Assembly (NCBI RefSeq): GCF_009914755.1
Contig: NC_060926.1
Reading direction: 5' to 3' (one strand)
Length of the DNA: 64,000 bases
Source: the human T2T-CHM13v2.0 reference genome, Homo sapiens
The position numbers and the translations under genes are program-made. The notes under the pieces are model-generated. The model was not told where the DNA came from. It searched no databases and saw only the letters and a list, made by a program, of their open reading frames with translations. Shown here in pieces: positions 1-15,186 of the stretch; position 1 is the first letter of the stretch; each line of letters opens with the position of its first letter.

Positions 1-1170
1 TGCTCTCTTGTCTGATTTCCTTCTGATGATGAGATAAGAAGGGAAGATGGCAGAATTTCAAGTTACACCCAAACCACCAAGAATCTTTCTGTCTCCAGCA
101 CCCACAGGATGTTTCAGATCAGCTCCTGCCGTTCAGCCCCAAGCCTGCCTTCGCCCCCGACATCAGCCCTCCCCGCTACCCTCCCACCATCACTCCACCC
201 TCAGGGGCCTCCGCAGCCTGCTTCCCATGACTGGGGTGGGCAGGATCTCAGAGAAGGGCCAGGAGGCTCCGCCCAACCAGCTGCACCCCTTCAGTGTTGT
301 GTCTGCTTTGAGGAGAGGGAACCTGAGGCCCAAGTTGCAGGGACTTAGGTTTGGCACAGCCAAGCCTCCAACCCTTCTCTTTCTTAGGTCATCAGCCCTG
401 GATATCCAGCCAGGACAGAGCCAACACCTGTGCCAACACCTGGAGCCAGGTGTCCATCAAGAAGGGACCAGGGTTCGGGAGGTGGCAGCATACGAGCTAA
501 GCCCTTGGCCACGTCAGAAATAGGAACTATTGTTTACTTAATTTTTCCTCTCACGATGAACATTTGGCTCCCAAAAAGTAACTTTCGATTTTTTAACAAA
601 AACCAAATTTTTCATTTTCCCACGACTGTACTATAAGATGTTTTTGTCTCCATTTTTACCAGTGGTCTCTGCCTTATTAAACAGGAATACCCTCAGGGGA
701 CCCTATTTAGAGCTGGCATGTTGGCTGCATACCTGTCTTCAGCAGCAGGAGGCTGGCGTCTCTGCAGGAGGCTCCTGCTATGCACTCATGTGAACCACCA
801 AGCCCTCACCCTGCCTCAGTGGGCCACCCAGTCCTGCCTCCCTCAGTCATGGGCAGAAGGTTGGTCGGGGGATATTAAATGGGCAATCGCCTTGCCAGCT
901 TGAGCCAGTTCCCCACCCTGATGTCCTCTACCTGAACACACAGAATTCAGGGAACATCCCCGGGTTCTGATTCAGAGGGTGGGGGTATGGCCTTTGATCT
1001 GCCCCACCCCCAGTTCCCTGAGGCGTTTTAATTATACTGCCTCTTGCTATCTTCCTGCTCTGCTGGATGAGCCTCTCTGTCCTCTCCCCTGTCCCTTAGT
1101 TCCCAACACTGAGACAAAAACTGAGTGCAAATTCTTTATTTGGCAAGCTGGAAAACACCAGTGTGGTGCT

Positions 1171-1628
1171 TGAATTAGTAGGCTGGGGCTGCCATAACAG
1201 TGTACCCTAAACTGGGTGGCCCAACCAACAGAAATTTACCATCTGACAGTTCTAGAGTCCAGAGTTCAAGATCACGGGGTCATCAGGGTTGGCTCCTTCT
1301 GCAGGCTGTGAGGGAGGACCTGCTCCATGCCTCTCTCCTGGCTTCTGGTGGCTGCCGGCCATCTTTGGCATTCCTTGGCTTGTGGATGCAACACCTTGAT
1401 CCGATGTCATCTTCCCATGGTGTTCTCCCTGTTTCTGTGTCCCAGGTTCCCCTTTTTGAAAGGCTGCCAGTCATACCGGATTAAGGCCCACCTTCATGAT
1501 CTCATCTTAACTTTAACTGAGCTAATTACATCTACAACAAGCTTATTTCCAGATAAGGTCACATTCTGAGGTGCTAGGGATTAGGACTTCATTACGTAAG
1601 TTTTGGGGACACAATTCAACCTGCAACA
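1171..1628 (-). mobile_element. MaLR solo LTR, MLT1B/MLT1C-like
   Basis: Reverse-complement MLT1 hallmarks: gggctgccataaca...ctgggtggc...aacagaaatttac at left; ataaggtcacattctgaggtgctagggattaggacttca...ggggacacaattcaacctgcaaca at right. Confidence 0.85.
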
Positions 1629-1689
1629 GGGGTGAAGGGAGACAGGCAGGGAAGGGAAGCTGGTGACGAACTCTTATCAAGCAAGTCTT

Positions 1690-1990
1690 CATTGTGGGCA
1701 GCTGGGATCCCACGGGCAACTCTGAAAAAGTGAAGAACCTGAGGGGTGAGGGAGCTGAGGTATTTATCTACCAGCTCCCATGTGCCAGTGGTGGAAGCTG
1801 CTGCCATGAGACAATTCCCTGCGGCTTCCAGCTGGTGTGCAGGCAGAGTGGCCTCCAGTGTCCAGAGAGACCTCCCAGGCAAACACGTGGAAGTCAGACC
1901 CAGGCCAGAATGTACATAATGGAAAGGGTCAGGGAATGTGGGCAGGGTACCCACATAGCACCTCTGCCCACTGCCCCAGTTCCCAAAGCT
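1690..1990. mobile_element. Degenerate ERVL-type LTR fragment (LTR33/LTR16-like)
   Basis: ggagctgaggtatttatctaccagctccca resembles a recalled LTR33/LTR16 core motif; boundaries uncertain. Confidence 0.4.
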
Positions 1991-2329
1991 GTCCGGGTCA
2001 TGCAAGTCCATGAATACAACTTAGCAGTCCAGACCATGACACTGGGCTGGAGTGATGATGAGTCTCACGGTTCCTCACCAGCCCTGCCCAGACTTGATCA
2101 ATATTCACCATCAATAGGGCCACACCTGGTGCTTCCATCTCCTTTGGGGGAATTGCACTCATAGGGCACCCATAGTGCTTCTGTCCCCAAATCTCCACAG
2201 AGGCCCTCCTGAGGCATCCCCTGGCCATGGTCATGGCCAGCTGGTCTTCCTTGCTCCCATACATATTGTTTGACACTTGCCTTTCTTCTTGGATGCGTTT
2301 CCATATCAGCATTAAGATCGGTACCATTT

Positions 2330-2600
2330 GTTTCAAGGGCTTTGTAATAGCCTGCCCCGTGGATGTAACATGATGTGTTTAATTATGCTTCTGTTGAGGA
2401 ACATATACATTGTTTCCATTTTTGCTATTATTAGGAATGCCACAGAGGACACAAAGTACACTGATCCACATGACAGGTTTCCAGAGGTCCAAGTGTTGGT
2501 GAAATGACATCCACCTACTTTAAATGTTGAAAGAGAACCCCACATTGCTTTCCCCAAAGTTACATACCCACCTGGAGAGTAAGGAATGTCTGCTGTGAGC
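2330..2600 (-). mobile_element. Old L1M 3' fragment
   Basis: ttgtttccatttttgctattattaggaatgc...ccacattgctttccccaaag resembles antisense L1M 3' region. Confidence 0.55.
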
Positions 2601-3199
2601 ACACAGCATAGGGAGAGGCAGTAGCTAGAGTTCAATGACAACCGGACTTTTCCACACTGCACCAGAAGCTGTGGCAGACACTGGACCCAGGATGTGTCCC
2701 CAGACCTCCCCTGTCATATGTGCCAGCTTTACTGTGTTTTCTCGTAACTTCAGACCACGTGTGCACTTAGTAAACATCGTATTTTTCTTTTAAAAGGGAA
2801 AATTCCTGGCCAAGAAAATTTTACGTCACTTTTACAAAATGAAAACCAGTCTGGGATCCAAATCCCAGGTGAGCTGCCATTTACAGAACAGCAGGTCTGT
2901 GTTGGGCTCCGTGCAGATATTATTTTGCTTAATTTTCACCACAAATCTCCAAAGCAAGGATTAGTATTCTTCCCTTTTATGCAGATGAGGAAAGTGGGGC
3001 TTGGCATTTCCCCAGCCTCAGATCCCCTCTCCTGGAGTTCTACCCTCAGCCCAGGCCTGGCCCCTTGGACGGTCACGCCCCGGCTTGCTGCTGACTGCTC
3101 ACTTGGATCTGCAGAGCCAGCCCATCCCTGGACAGTTTCCCTGAGCTGCCCACACTGATGGTCTGTGCAATCAACGTGCCCTCACATATGCCCAAACGA

Positions 3200-3640
3200 C
3201 TCATGTACTCATTTATTCATGCAGTGTTCACTGTTGGTTCTTATATGACAAGCATTTCTGGCAGGCTCTGGGCCAAGCGCCGTGAACAAAGATAAAGTGG
3301 TGCCAGCCCCTGCCTTTGGGGAGCTTATGATCTGAGAGGGAGGTGGATACATGTAGGGGAAGACGAGAGGGCATGTATGGGAGCTTGGGAGAAGCATCTA
3401 ACCTTGTCCATCCAGAGGGGAGAGTCAGGGAGTCACCAGGGAGCTTTCCAGGGGAGGGGAATTTTGTAGGGGGCGAGGGAGATGCACCCCAGGCAAGTCA
3501 AATAGTGCATGGAAAGACAAAGAGAATGAAAGGGGTGCTGCCTGGTTGGGACACCCAATGATGGGCATGTTTCCCATCAAGAGCAGGATGTGGGGAGGGG
3601 CAGATCCTGGCCATTACAGCGTTGGGATTTTGCCCTAGAG
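3200..3640 (-). mobile_element. L2 3' fragment
   Basis: tcatttattcatgcag...gtgaacaaagataaag...ccctgcctttggggagcttat is typical of an antisense L2 3' end. Confidence 0.6.
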
Positions 3641-4119
3641 AAGAGGAGGCCAGAGCCAGGGACCCTGATGAAGGCTGACTCCAGCAGCACCAGGCCCCAG
3701 CCTGCACGGCAGTTCGGCTGAGCTCGCCTCCCCAGACGTCCCCACTCCTCAGCAGTCCTGGCCAAGCCTGCAGGGTGCCTCGTGAAAACAGGCAGAGGCA
3801 GGCGCAGGAGAGTCTAACATGCTGCCAGCCCCAGTTTTCTGATGGGGCCTCCCAGGCAGCAGGCAGCAGGCAGCAGATCAGGAACCAGCCTCCTGGGGGC
3901 TGCTGTCTCCTCAGGGCTCTGTCCTGTGCCTGATGAATGCCCGTTAGACTAGGAGGTGGGGAAACTGAGGTAGCCTGAAATCTCAGAGGCAGGCAGGGCT
4001 CCAGAAATCATCGGCAAGTCCGACTCGCTCCTGTTAGATGTAGGAACAGGCCTGGAGAGAGAAGGGAATTGCCCAAGTGCGTACAATGAATTAATGATTT
4101 GGTTAACACTATAATTAAT

Positions 4120-4285
4120 AATTTAAAAGTTGACATGTATTGAACATTTACTTATGGCACGCCAGGCACTGGCACATTAAATGCCCCTTAGTGATGTTCT
4201 GATTCTATCATTGTCATGACCCTCTGAGGTAGGTGCAATTTAGTATCTCCGTTTGACCCTGGGGAAACTGAGGTTGAGACTCTGG
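4120..4285 (-). mobile_element. MIR
   Basis: tgtattgaacatttacttatgg...ccaggcactg...gaccctctgaggtagg...ggaaactgagg. Confidence 0.6.
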
Positions 4286-5139
4286 GATCTCACTCTGAGA
4301 AGGGGCCCACCCGCCTGCACGGGCCACCCCAGGATGAGGTGTGCAGCTTGGGCAGGGTGGGGAGCCCCAAGCTAAGCAGGCTTCCCACATTCCATCTTGG
4401 CTCAGGCCCAGCGACACGAACAGACAGGGAGCACCAGGGGGCCTGTCTGCAAGGATCAAAGCGCTGGGTGGGAGGCTGCAGAGCAGGGCAGGGCGGCGGC
4501 TTCTGGGGCACCACAGAGAGCCACCCTGCCTCCCCTGGTCCAAGCCAGGCCCACCCTCTCACTCGGTGCCCCAGCAAAGGTCTGGGAGGATAGTGAGGTG
4601 AGGCTGTTGAGCCCCAGCAAGTCTCTTTTAGGGACTCTGCTTGCCCAATGGAAACCTACTGCCCCCAAACTTCTACTTGTCCTCCGGAGCCCCATGCCCA
4701 GGCTGGCAGCAAACTGTGGGGCAGTCTAGGAGCATCTGTGAGCAAATGTTGACCTCACCTTGAAGTGCAGGTGCAGAGAACTCAATGCTTGGCCAGACAC
4801 CTGTGGCCAGAGAGTGTGGCCCTTCCTGGCAGCTCTGGGATGGGAGGCCCTGGTCTCCAGTATTCTCTTGCCCCTGTCCACACCCCACACATCCCATATA
4901 ATGAATGAGGCTAGGGATCCCAGGCTTTGCAGCAGGAAAAACCCCTCTTCCTCTTCAGATTTCAGGGCCAATGAGGCACACATGCAAAATCGAGGGTCAG
5001 AGCTGGGAGGGGCCGAGGGGTTACCCCACACCGTGTGGAAGGAATCCAAAGAACCAAGGGCTCACCAAGGACACACAGACTCCCGATGGTGGAGCCAGGC
5101 CTGGAATTCACGTCCTGACTCCCAGCCTGTGCTCTGTCT

Positions 5140-6041
<902 letters not shown>

Positions 6042-6547
6042 AATGCCTTGCTCACTTTCAAGAGGACCAAAAACAGAGTTGACTCCCAGCCTCACCAAAC
6101 AGCTTCACGCAGCTGCACTGGGTGACGAAGCTCGGCACAGGACAGTGGCCACTCCTGGCTCTGCCCACATGGGTCTCCCTGGCCTTCACCAGGCTGCTTG
6201 ATGTGATTCAGAGAATGATTTTTTCCTATCATGAAAGAAGTATATGAACCTTTTGAAAGTTTAGAAAATACAAAAAAAAAAAAAAGCAAGAAAACATTTT
6301 CCAGCCCCCAAAACAACCACTGTTAGCATATTGCTGAATTTCCTTCGAGTCTCTTACTCTATGCATGGGTTGGCTTTTTGAGACTAGAGTTGTAATCACA
6401 TGTAATCAAGTTGTATTTTGGTGTTTTTTCACATAGCATTGTATCATACCTACCTTGACACATTGAAATAAATTATTTGTAAAACCTTTTAAAATGGCTA
6501 CCTACTATTCTGTTGTGCAGATGGCTATACTCTAGCTGACTGAATGA

Positions 6548-6845
<298 letters not shown>

Positions 6846-8134
6846 TAAATGATACTTTGATGGACATATTCTTCGTAAAACATTCCCTGGTTTAGGATGC
6901 ATTTCTTGGAGGTAGGATTGTTGGACCTAAGAGTACGACCCATTTTAAAGTTCTTGTGACTTACTCATCCCAGGTCTTCTGGAACAGTTCCATTTGCAAA
7001 TGTTCTCCTGGCATCATCCTTCATGCCGTGTCCCAATTTGGGTGATATATCATATGGTCCCCCCACCACAGGCTGCTCTGGAGATTCAAAGGGCCCCTCT
7101 CCTCTGTGCCACCGCATTCCAGGATGGGTCTGGAAGGCTCTGGTCACACTTCTAAGACTGCTGGCTGACCCGATATAATGTCTAAACAGCAGGCACTTTG
7201 CCAGGCCGATAGCTGGTTGCCCATGAGAGCAGAAGTTGCACCTCAGCCTGCCCACAGCCCCTGCCAAGGCCCAGCTTCTTCATGTATCCCACCAACCTCC
7301 AGAGGGCCTCCGTGGGGTGCCAGCACCCACCCTGGTGCTGGGATACAGTGGTGAGCAGCCCAGGGAAGGCACACCGTGGGGGGGCTCAGGAAACCTCATG
7401 GCGTGAGTGAATGAAGCAACACGACCACAGGGTGTATGAAGGGAGCCCAGGGTCCTGTTCACGCCCCCATGGAGTTAAGAAGACCCTGATTACAAAGGGC
7501 TCCTGGTGGGATGTCAGAGACAGGCTCTAGACGCGGCTCCCAGGTCATGGAGGCATCCGTCTTTTCCAGAACTAGGCAAAAGAGACATGTGAAATGCAAA
7601 GACGCGGAAAGAATAGAAGGTTGTCTCAGTTACTTAAAAACTGCAGACCAAGGCAAGAGACCCAGCTCTGCCACATCAGCGAGGAGGTTCTGTAGGGACC
7701 AGTTAACAAGAGCAATGAGACTTGCTGACTCTGTCCAAGGAAAATAGTTTTTAATCCAAAAAGTTGAAAATTTCTTTCACATACTTTAGCAGTGTCCTCT
7801 GATGTCTTGAAATTTACAATAAAAGCCCCCCCAGTCACTTTTGGCACTTTGGAAATGGGAGCCTGAGAGAAGTAGAGTCCAGGCCTGGCCACGTCCTTAG
7901 GGCCAGAAAGGGACGGTTCCAAAGGGCACGTGGAGTACTGACTCTGTACAGTGCATAGCAGCCCTCCAAGTGCGTCCTGCTGGTCCCAGGAGGAGCCCCA
8001 TGCCAGGCGAGGGCTGGGCAAGGCACTGGCTGAGTAGCTTTGCAGGTAGGCATTCTGGCTCTTTCTACAGGGGCGGGCACTTTTCAGGGCCAGCTGGGCG
8101 GTGCTATGCCAAGAGGCAGGCCTGGGGTGACCAG

Positions 8135-8460
8135 AGCTTTTGAGTTTTTCAGGGGAATAAAGAAATCTGTGTATGTGTTTATTCCTGGTTTTTGAATGTT
8201 GTCAAGAAATTAAAAATAGAAGCCAGGCAAGGTGATGTGTGCCTGTAGTCCCAATTACTAGAGAGGTGGGAGGATTGCTTGAGTCCAGGAGTTTGAGGCT
8301 GTAGTGAGCTGTGATGATGCCTGCATGCCAGCCTGGGTGACAGAGCAAGACTCTATCTCTAAGAAAGTTTTTTTTAATAAAATACAATTATTCAGTGTTA
8401 TTCAGGCCAACCAAAACACATCTGTGGGCCAGATTCAGGCTTCAGACAGCCAGCAGCCCG
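8135..8460. mobile_element. hAT-Charlie remnant (MER102-like) split by a monomeric Alu
   Basis: agaaatctg...tttttgaatgttgtcaa and ggccaaccaaaacacatctgtgggccagattc. Confidence 0.5.
8221..8368 (+). mobile_element. Monomeric Alu (FRAM/AluJ right arm)
   Basis: gcctgtagtccc...ggaggattgcttgagtccaggagtttgaggctgtagtgagctgtgat...gcctgggtgacagagcaagactct. Confidence 0.85.
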
Positions 8461-9188
8461 TGAATTGTCCCACCCAACTTGTGGTGTTACGGATGAGGAC
8501 ACCGAGGCCCTGAGGGTGGGGACACATCATCGGAGTGCACAGTGAATTAGCATCAGAGCTCTGGTGAGCCTAGCCCAGGGCTCGCACCCCACTGCCATCT
8601 GTCCCTATCAGAGGCACCAAGAGGAGGAGAGGTGGAGCCTGGATGCACCATGTGAAGAGAGACAGGCAGGGGTCTGCAGGGCCTGTCCAACTCTCTGCAC
8701 AAGGTAGGTCCCTCTCCCTCTGGTTTTTCTGATGAAGAGCTTCAGGTTTGAGTGGGTGAAGTGACCAGATGCTGGTAACCAAAGTGGCCTGCTCAAGATC
8801 ACTTGTCGGTCTTTCTGTTCCAGTTCGTTCCACTGCTGGCCATGGCTCAGAGTTCCGAGCCATTCTCTTCCAATCAGTGTCAGGGCACTTCCAGTTTGTT
8901 ACCCTCCTCTTGGAATGCAGCCCTTCCCTGAACACAAGGCCCTGGGGTTGGTCTGATGGGCAGAGAGGAGCAGGCACTTACTCCCCTGGGTTGGGCCTCT
9001 GTTTCCCTAGAGAGAGCACACAAACCACAGGTGGCAGGGGAGACGACCTGTAGGTGTCCACAGACAAATGCTTTAAAAGCAGTAGTTTGGCCCTTGGATG
9101 TCTGCATGCCTCCTATTTATGGCAAGCATTCTGGCCTTACCTAGAGTTTCCTTTACAAGGAATTGAGTTGACCTAAAGGTTACGAGGA

Positions 9189-9502
<314 letters not shown>

Positions 9503-11280
9503 AAAGGTTACCAAGAGCACAGGTGGTCTGCAGTCACGGCAAGCATCATGGAGGTGGCCCACGAAAACATGTTTGGGACGCTGCTCTAAAGTGCAGCCCA
9601 CCAGCTTTCGTGACAGTGTTTAAAAGTCTGGGTTGAACTGAGGACACTCGGTTTTTTCTCCCCCGACCTGCTACCTGCACAAGCATGGTGTTTAGCCAGA
9701 GCTCTCCATTCTTTCCTTATAGAGTGGGTTGCGTGAGGCTCAGAATTTTAGATTTTATTTTGCCAGTTTCTTCTCATTCTTCTAGGGTGATGGGTCTTTA
9801 TCTTTGCAAATCTTGATTCTACATCCCAAGAATTAAATTCCAGCTTTGTGTCATCCCCATGTATGATCAGCAGCCTTGCTCTGTCTTCATGTAAGTCACT
9901 AGCAAAACTGCAGAACAGGGCAGGGCTGAGCAGTCAGGTGACACTCCTGCCTGGCTCCCCGGGGCAGCAATTCCTTGCCCAGACCTCACCCACCTACAGT
10001 TGTTGGACTATCTCCAGCTACAAATCCACCAACCGTGTCTCTCCTGCTCCTGCCCGCCCCCCGGGTGAGGGGCTCTGGGTGGGGCTCATACACCATCCGC
10101 CATCCGGGACTCGCGTCAGGATCTACCATCAAGCAATCTGGTTATCTGTTCTCAGTCTGCATCTTTGCCTCGTTTGAAGAAGCAGAGAGCATTTCTCCCA
10201 GACATTTATTCCATCTTCTGGCCCCTCTCCCAGGCTTCGCACTTCCTAGAGAGTTGTAGGGAGCAATTCTGCATCCCTGCCCACAAGTTTTCATGGTACT
10301 CTGGACTGTGATTTATCCGGATGTGAGGAAAAGATATTATTCATCTTGGCTCAATTCTCTGATGACCTTCTCAGCCACGATGAGGCCACTTTCCTCTTAC
10401 TCCTATTTGTTCAGTCCCCTTGGTGCTGAAGATCATTAGTATTGTTTAGAATGGTGCGACGTCAGAATCGGGTGATTCTCTCTTTCCTCAATGTCTGGCT
10501 TAACATTCCTCAGGGAGAACCCACTGGGGGTCATCCAGGAAATGACACAACAAAGATAAACGAGACAATGTTCCTGCCCTTGGGAACCACTGGCCCCAGC
10601 ACTGCCTCTGTCCCTCTGAACATGCTATAAAAAGATACTGTTCCCTGTCTTTGGAATTTCAAACTGTGGTCATGCCTGTGTATCCAATACTCCTAACAGC
10701 CAGGCTGTGAGGAAATGAAGGTTTCTAGACTGGAGTCAGGCGAGATGTAGCAGGGCTGGATGTGTTAAACAAAGCACCGAAGGAAGTGGAAAGCTGCAGT
10801 GCCCTGCAGTCAGGACTGAGGGGCTGGTCAGAGTGGAATACCTGTTTACTCACTCAGCTTGCACGGAGAACCTTCTGAGGGGTAAGCACTGTCCTCTAAG
10901 CTAGAGACCTCAGCAGAGCTCTTAACAGGATCTTGCTTTCAGAGAGCAAGTGAAGGCAGCACGGTAGGGGTGGGACCTCCACAGGTCAACAACACATTGT
11001 CACAGCTGCTGCAAACTCCCTAAAGAGACAGAGTGAGGGACTGCCTCACTTTGTCTGGAGGAGTCAGGGAAAGCATCCCAGAAGAGATGAACATTGAGCA
11101 GGGTTTTGAAGACTGCATAGGAACTCTCCAGTAGAAAAGAGGGTGAAGGGCCTTTCAGAGAGAGGCAGCACCAGTTCAAAGGTGTGGGGACAGGGGAATC
11201 ACAGTGTGCTACATGAGACAGCAGCACAGGACCCCATCCTGAAGTCCCTTGCATGCCTTCTAAAGAATTTAGAACTCCTT

Positions 11281-11584
11281 ATTATATATTATATATAATT
11301 ATGTAATTATATATATTATATAATATATAATTATATAATATTATATATATTATAGAATATATTATATATAATATTATATAATTATATATTATATAATATA
11401 TATTATATATTATATAATTATATATATAATATATATAATTATATATATATTATATAATTATATATATAATTATATATATATTATATATATATTATATAAT
11501 ATATATATAATTATATATATATTTATAATTATATATATAATATATATATAATTATATATATATTATATATTATTATATATTAAT
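11281..11584. repeat. AT-rich (TA)n-like low-complexity array
   Basis: About 300 bp of A/T with only two G residues, built from TATA/TAAT/TTAT units. Confidence 0.95.
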
Positions 11585-11897
11585 CCGGAACTCCTTTTTT
11601 AAAATCTGACTCACCCATTTTCATTATTTATTTATTTATATATATTTTTGGAATTAAAAAAAACTTTTATTATTGAAAATTTCAAACAGGTCAGGCACAA
11701 TACACTGCATGAACCCATCACTCTGAATCAATCATCAACTCATGGCTGATCTTATTTTATCTGTATCTCCACCACTCACTCCATCCAAGATCATCTGGAA
11801 GCCAATCCCAGACATTATATAATTTCACTCATAAATATTTCAATATGTATGGCTAGAAGATAAGGACTCTTAAAAAAAAACCACCCAAATATATGAC

Positions 11898-12390
11898 TGT
11901 CTTTGTTTTTATGTTGCTGTAGAAGAAAACCTGAGGCTGGGTAATTTACAAGGAAAAGAAGTTCATTTGGCTCATGGTTCTGCAGGCTGTACAAGAAGCA
12001 TGGCACCAGCATCTGCATCTGGTGAGGGCCTCAAGCTGCTTCCATTTATGGTGGAAGGGAAGATGAGCCAGCGTGGACAGAGATCCCATCCCATGGTGAG
12101 AGAGGAAGCAAGAGAGAGATGGGGAAGGTGCCAGGCTCTTGGGAACTAACAGACAACACAGTCATTATCTTCAGGAGGGTTCCAAGCCATTCACAAGGGA
12201 TCCACCCCCATGACACCCAAACACCTCACACTAGGCCTCACCTCCAACACTGAGGAATGAACTTTTTTCTTTTCTTTTCCTTTCTCTTTCTCTCTTTCTT
12301 TCTGTTTTTAATTTTTCCACTGACTTTGTTTTTCCATGGGGATCGAGTTTCAACATGAGAGTTGGAGGGTCAGATATCCACACCATAGCA
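11898..12390 (-). mobile_element. MaLR solo LTR, MSTB-like
   Basis: tgtc...ctgaggctgggtaattta...ggctcatggttctgcaggctgtacaagaagcatggcaccagcatctg...caccatagca; 5-bp TSD atgac/atggc. Confidence 0.9.
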
Positions 12391-13019
12391 ATGGCAACAT
12401 CTAAAGAATCAACAATAATTCTTTATTGTCAACAACCCTCCAGTCAGCGAACAAATTGCCCTATTGCCTTATACTTTTTTTTTCTTCAGTTCATTTAGTT
12501 TAAATGAGATTCATCAATGCAATTGGTTGTTATGTCTTTTAAATCTCTAAATTTTTAGCTTTGCCTCCAACTGCTTTTTATGCCCTTGAAATTTATTTAT
12601 TGAGGAGACTGTACTGTGTCTCTGTGGTAGTGTTTAACACGTTCTTCTATCCCCTAAACTTCTACTAAACTGCAGTTAGATTAAAAGTCTCCACAGGATG
12701 ACCAGAAACAAGTTTGCTTTTTTTTCAACAAGAATACTTCATAGGTGTGCCGTCTCCTTCCATCAGGAGATTCACAGGTCCCTGTTTGGGGGGTACTGGC
12801 AGCCCAGATCCATCAAGCCATTAGGAGTTGCAAAATGTCTGATCCTGTCATTCCCTCCTCATTTATTAACTAGAATACTTCTTCTAAAAGAAGAAACTTA
12901 CCTTTATTAACTATTTGGTTACTCTGAGGTACAGTTAGTATAGGAAAATCAAGACAAACATTTGATTTTTCCACTTTATTTCTTACTTATCAAATCATGA
13001 TAGCATCCTCTAAGACAAC

Positions 13020-13460
13020 ATTATGCAACAGAAATATAATGCCAGCCACATACGTAATTTAAAATTTTCTAGTTGCCTTATGAGAAAATGAAAAACAGCT
13101 GAAATTAATTTTAATGATATATTTTTAACCCAGTATTTCCAAAGTACTATCATTCTAACATGTAGTCAACATTAAAAAAATGCAATTTTCCATCTTTTTT
13201 TTTTGTATTCAACCTTCAAAATCCAGTGTGTATTTTACACTCAATTCAGATCTTAAATGTTCATCAGAAATAGTTGACTTGCATTCAGATTTCACAAAAT
13301 TTATAGTGGAAAATGTAAAGTCACATACCCAGGTTGTTCCAAACACACTTAAAAGATTTTCTTTTACATCTAAAATTTTAAATATGGTTCTTCAGCTGGG
13401 CTAGCCACATTTGAAGGGCTCCGTAGTCATGCATGGCTAGTGGGTAATGAAAAGCACAGG
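13020..13460. mobile_element. MER33/Charlie1-derived DNA transposon remnant
   Basis: agaaatataatgccagccacatacgtaatttaaaattttctagt...ctagccacatttgaagggctccgtagtcatgcatggctagtgg. Confidence 0.7.
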
Positions 13461-13666
13461 TCCAAGGAAACCACTGAGATGAACTTTTTTCCAAGTGGCT
13501 TTCTATGTGCATGGATCTAAAGATATGTGATGTGTACAATCCATTGGCAAACTCACGTGTCCCACATTTGGTCAGGGAAGCCTTTTTAATTGGCCCTGAG
13601 TCCTCTGACACAACTCTAGTTGTCTTTGATAGCTGCCTTCCTTTCTGGTATGACAATATCAGGTTT

Positions 13667-14048
13667 TGTCTTAGTCACCTCGGGCTGCTGTAACAAAAAA
13701 CCACAGGATGGTGGCTTAAACAACAGAAATTTATTTCTCACCATTCTAGAGGCTGGGAAGTGCAAGATCCAGGTACTAGCAGATGTGGTTCCTGCTGAGG
13801 TCCCCTCCCTGGCTTGTACACAGCTGCCTTCTTGCTGTGTGCACACATGGACTTTCCTTGGTGCTTATGCATGGAGAGAGATGGAGAGGGGGAGCAGGGA
13901 GAGAGAGAGGGAGAGAGAAAATCTCTTGGTTTTCTAGTAAGGGCACTAATCCCATCGTGAATCCCTCATCTAAACCCAATTACCTCTCAAAAGCTCCATT
14001 ACCAAATACTGTCACATTGGTAATGGACACAGACATGGGTACATAGCA
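13667..14048 (-). mobile_element. MaLR solo LTR, MLT1A-like
   Basis: tgtcttagtc...gggctgctgtaacaaaaaaccacaggatggtggcttaaacaacagaaatttatttctca...catagca. Confidence 0.85.
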
Positions 14049-14897
14049 GGCTCCTCTTGGGCATTTTCTTCCCAAACCTAGAATCAATCATTTCTCCAAG
14101 GAGTTCTGGTTCTTTATAGTGAGAAATGGTATTTAGAAACCAAATCTAGACTCTCAGGGTGCTCACTGCTATTGGGTTGATCATTGTTTTTAAGACTTTT
14201 CAGTGGACAGGGCTAAGAAACATAATTTTAAAAAAAGATAAAATACTCATGAGTTCATAATGATGTTTCCAATTCAAATTTAGAACCATAGAGTTTAACT
14301 TTATTAATTTTACTTCTCTTTCTCCTCTCTCCCATGCTGAACAATTCTAATTATCCATCATACTAACATAATTACTAATGTGCATGATTTCATACTATAT
14401 ATTCATTATCTGAGAACAATATCAACACTCTACCAACAATATAATTACTGAAAACAGTTTGTTTTCCACATAACCAGTTCCTTTTGTCCTAAAAGCATAT
14501 CCACAGTCATGTGCAGTCAAATTAGTACGTTTGATAGTCACATAGAATTTTTGTCCCTTTGTATCTACTAACTAGACACATATTTATGCTCATTTGTTTC
14601 ATTTTACTTTCACTTTTGGGGATTACTTTTTAAAAAATAATTACATTATTTTTATAAAATAAAAAAATATATCCTTTATACTACAAAAAATAAAATTTTA
14701 ATATTATAATCATGTAAATTCTTTTCATGTCTCTGAAGTCAAGTCTAAAAACCCAAGATATATTCAAAGAAGTCTAGCTTCCATTTCTGTTCCTTCCATT
14801 TTATTCCCTCACTGCCCCCATAGATAATTTTAAAACATTCTATGGTTTATCTACTTAAGAATATAAACAAATCCTGTGTGTATAAACAGTAGTATAT

Positions 14898-15186
14898 GGC
14901 CAGGCACAGTGGCTCATACCTGTAATCCCAGTACCTTAGGAGGGCAAGGTAGGAGGACTGCTTGAGGCCAGGAATTTGAGACCAGCCTGGGTAACAAAGA
15001 GAGACCTCATCTCTACAAAAAATTTAAAAATTAGCCGGGCATGGTGACATGCCTATAGCCCTAGCTACTCAGGAGGCTGAGGTGGGAAGATTGCTTGAGC
15101 CCAGGAAGTCAATGCTACAGTGAGCCATGACTGCACCACTGCACTCCAGCCTGGGCCACACAGCAAGGCCCCATTTTTTAAAAAAG
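14898..15186 (+). mobile_element. AluJ
   Basis: Dimeric Alu with J diagnostics (ggaggactgcttgaggccagga; gattgcttgagcccagg). Confidence 0.9.
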
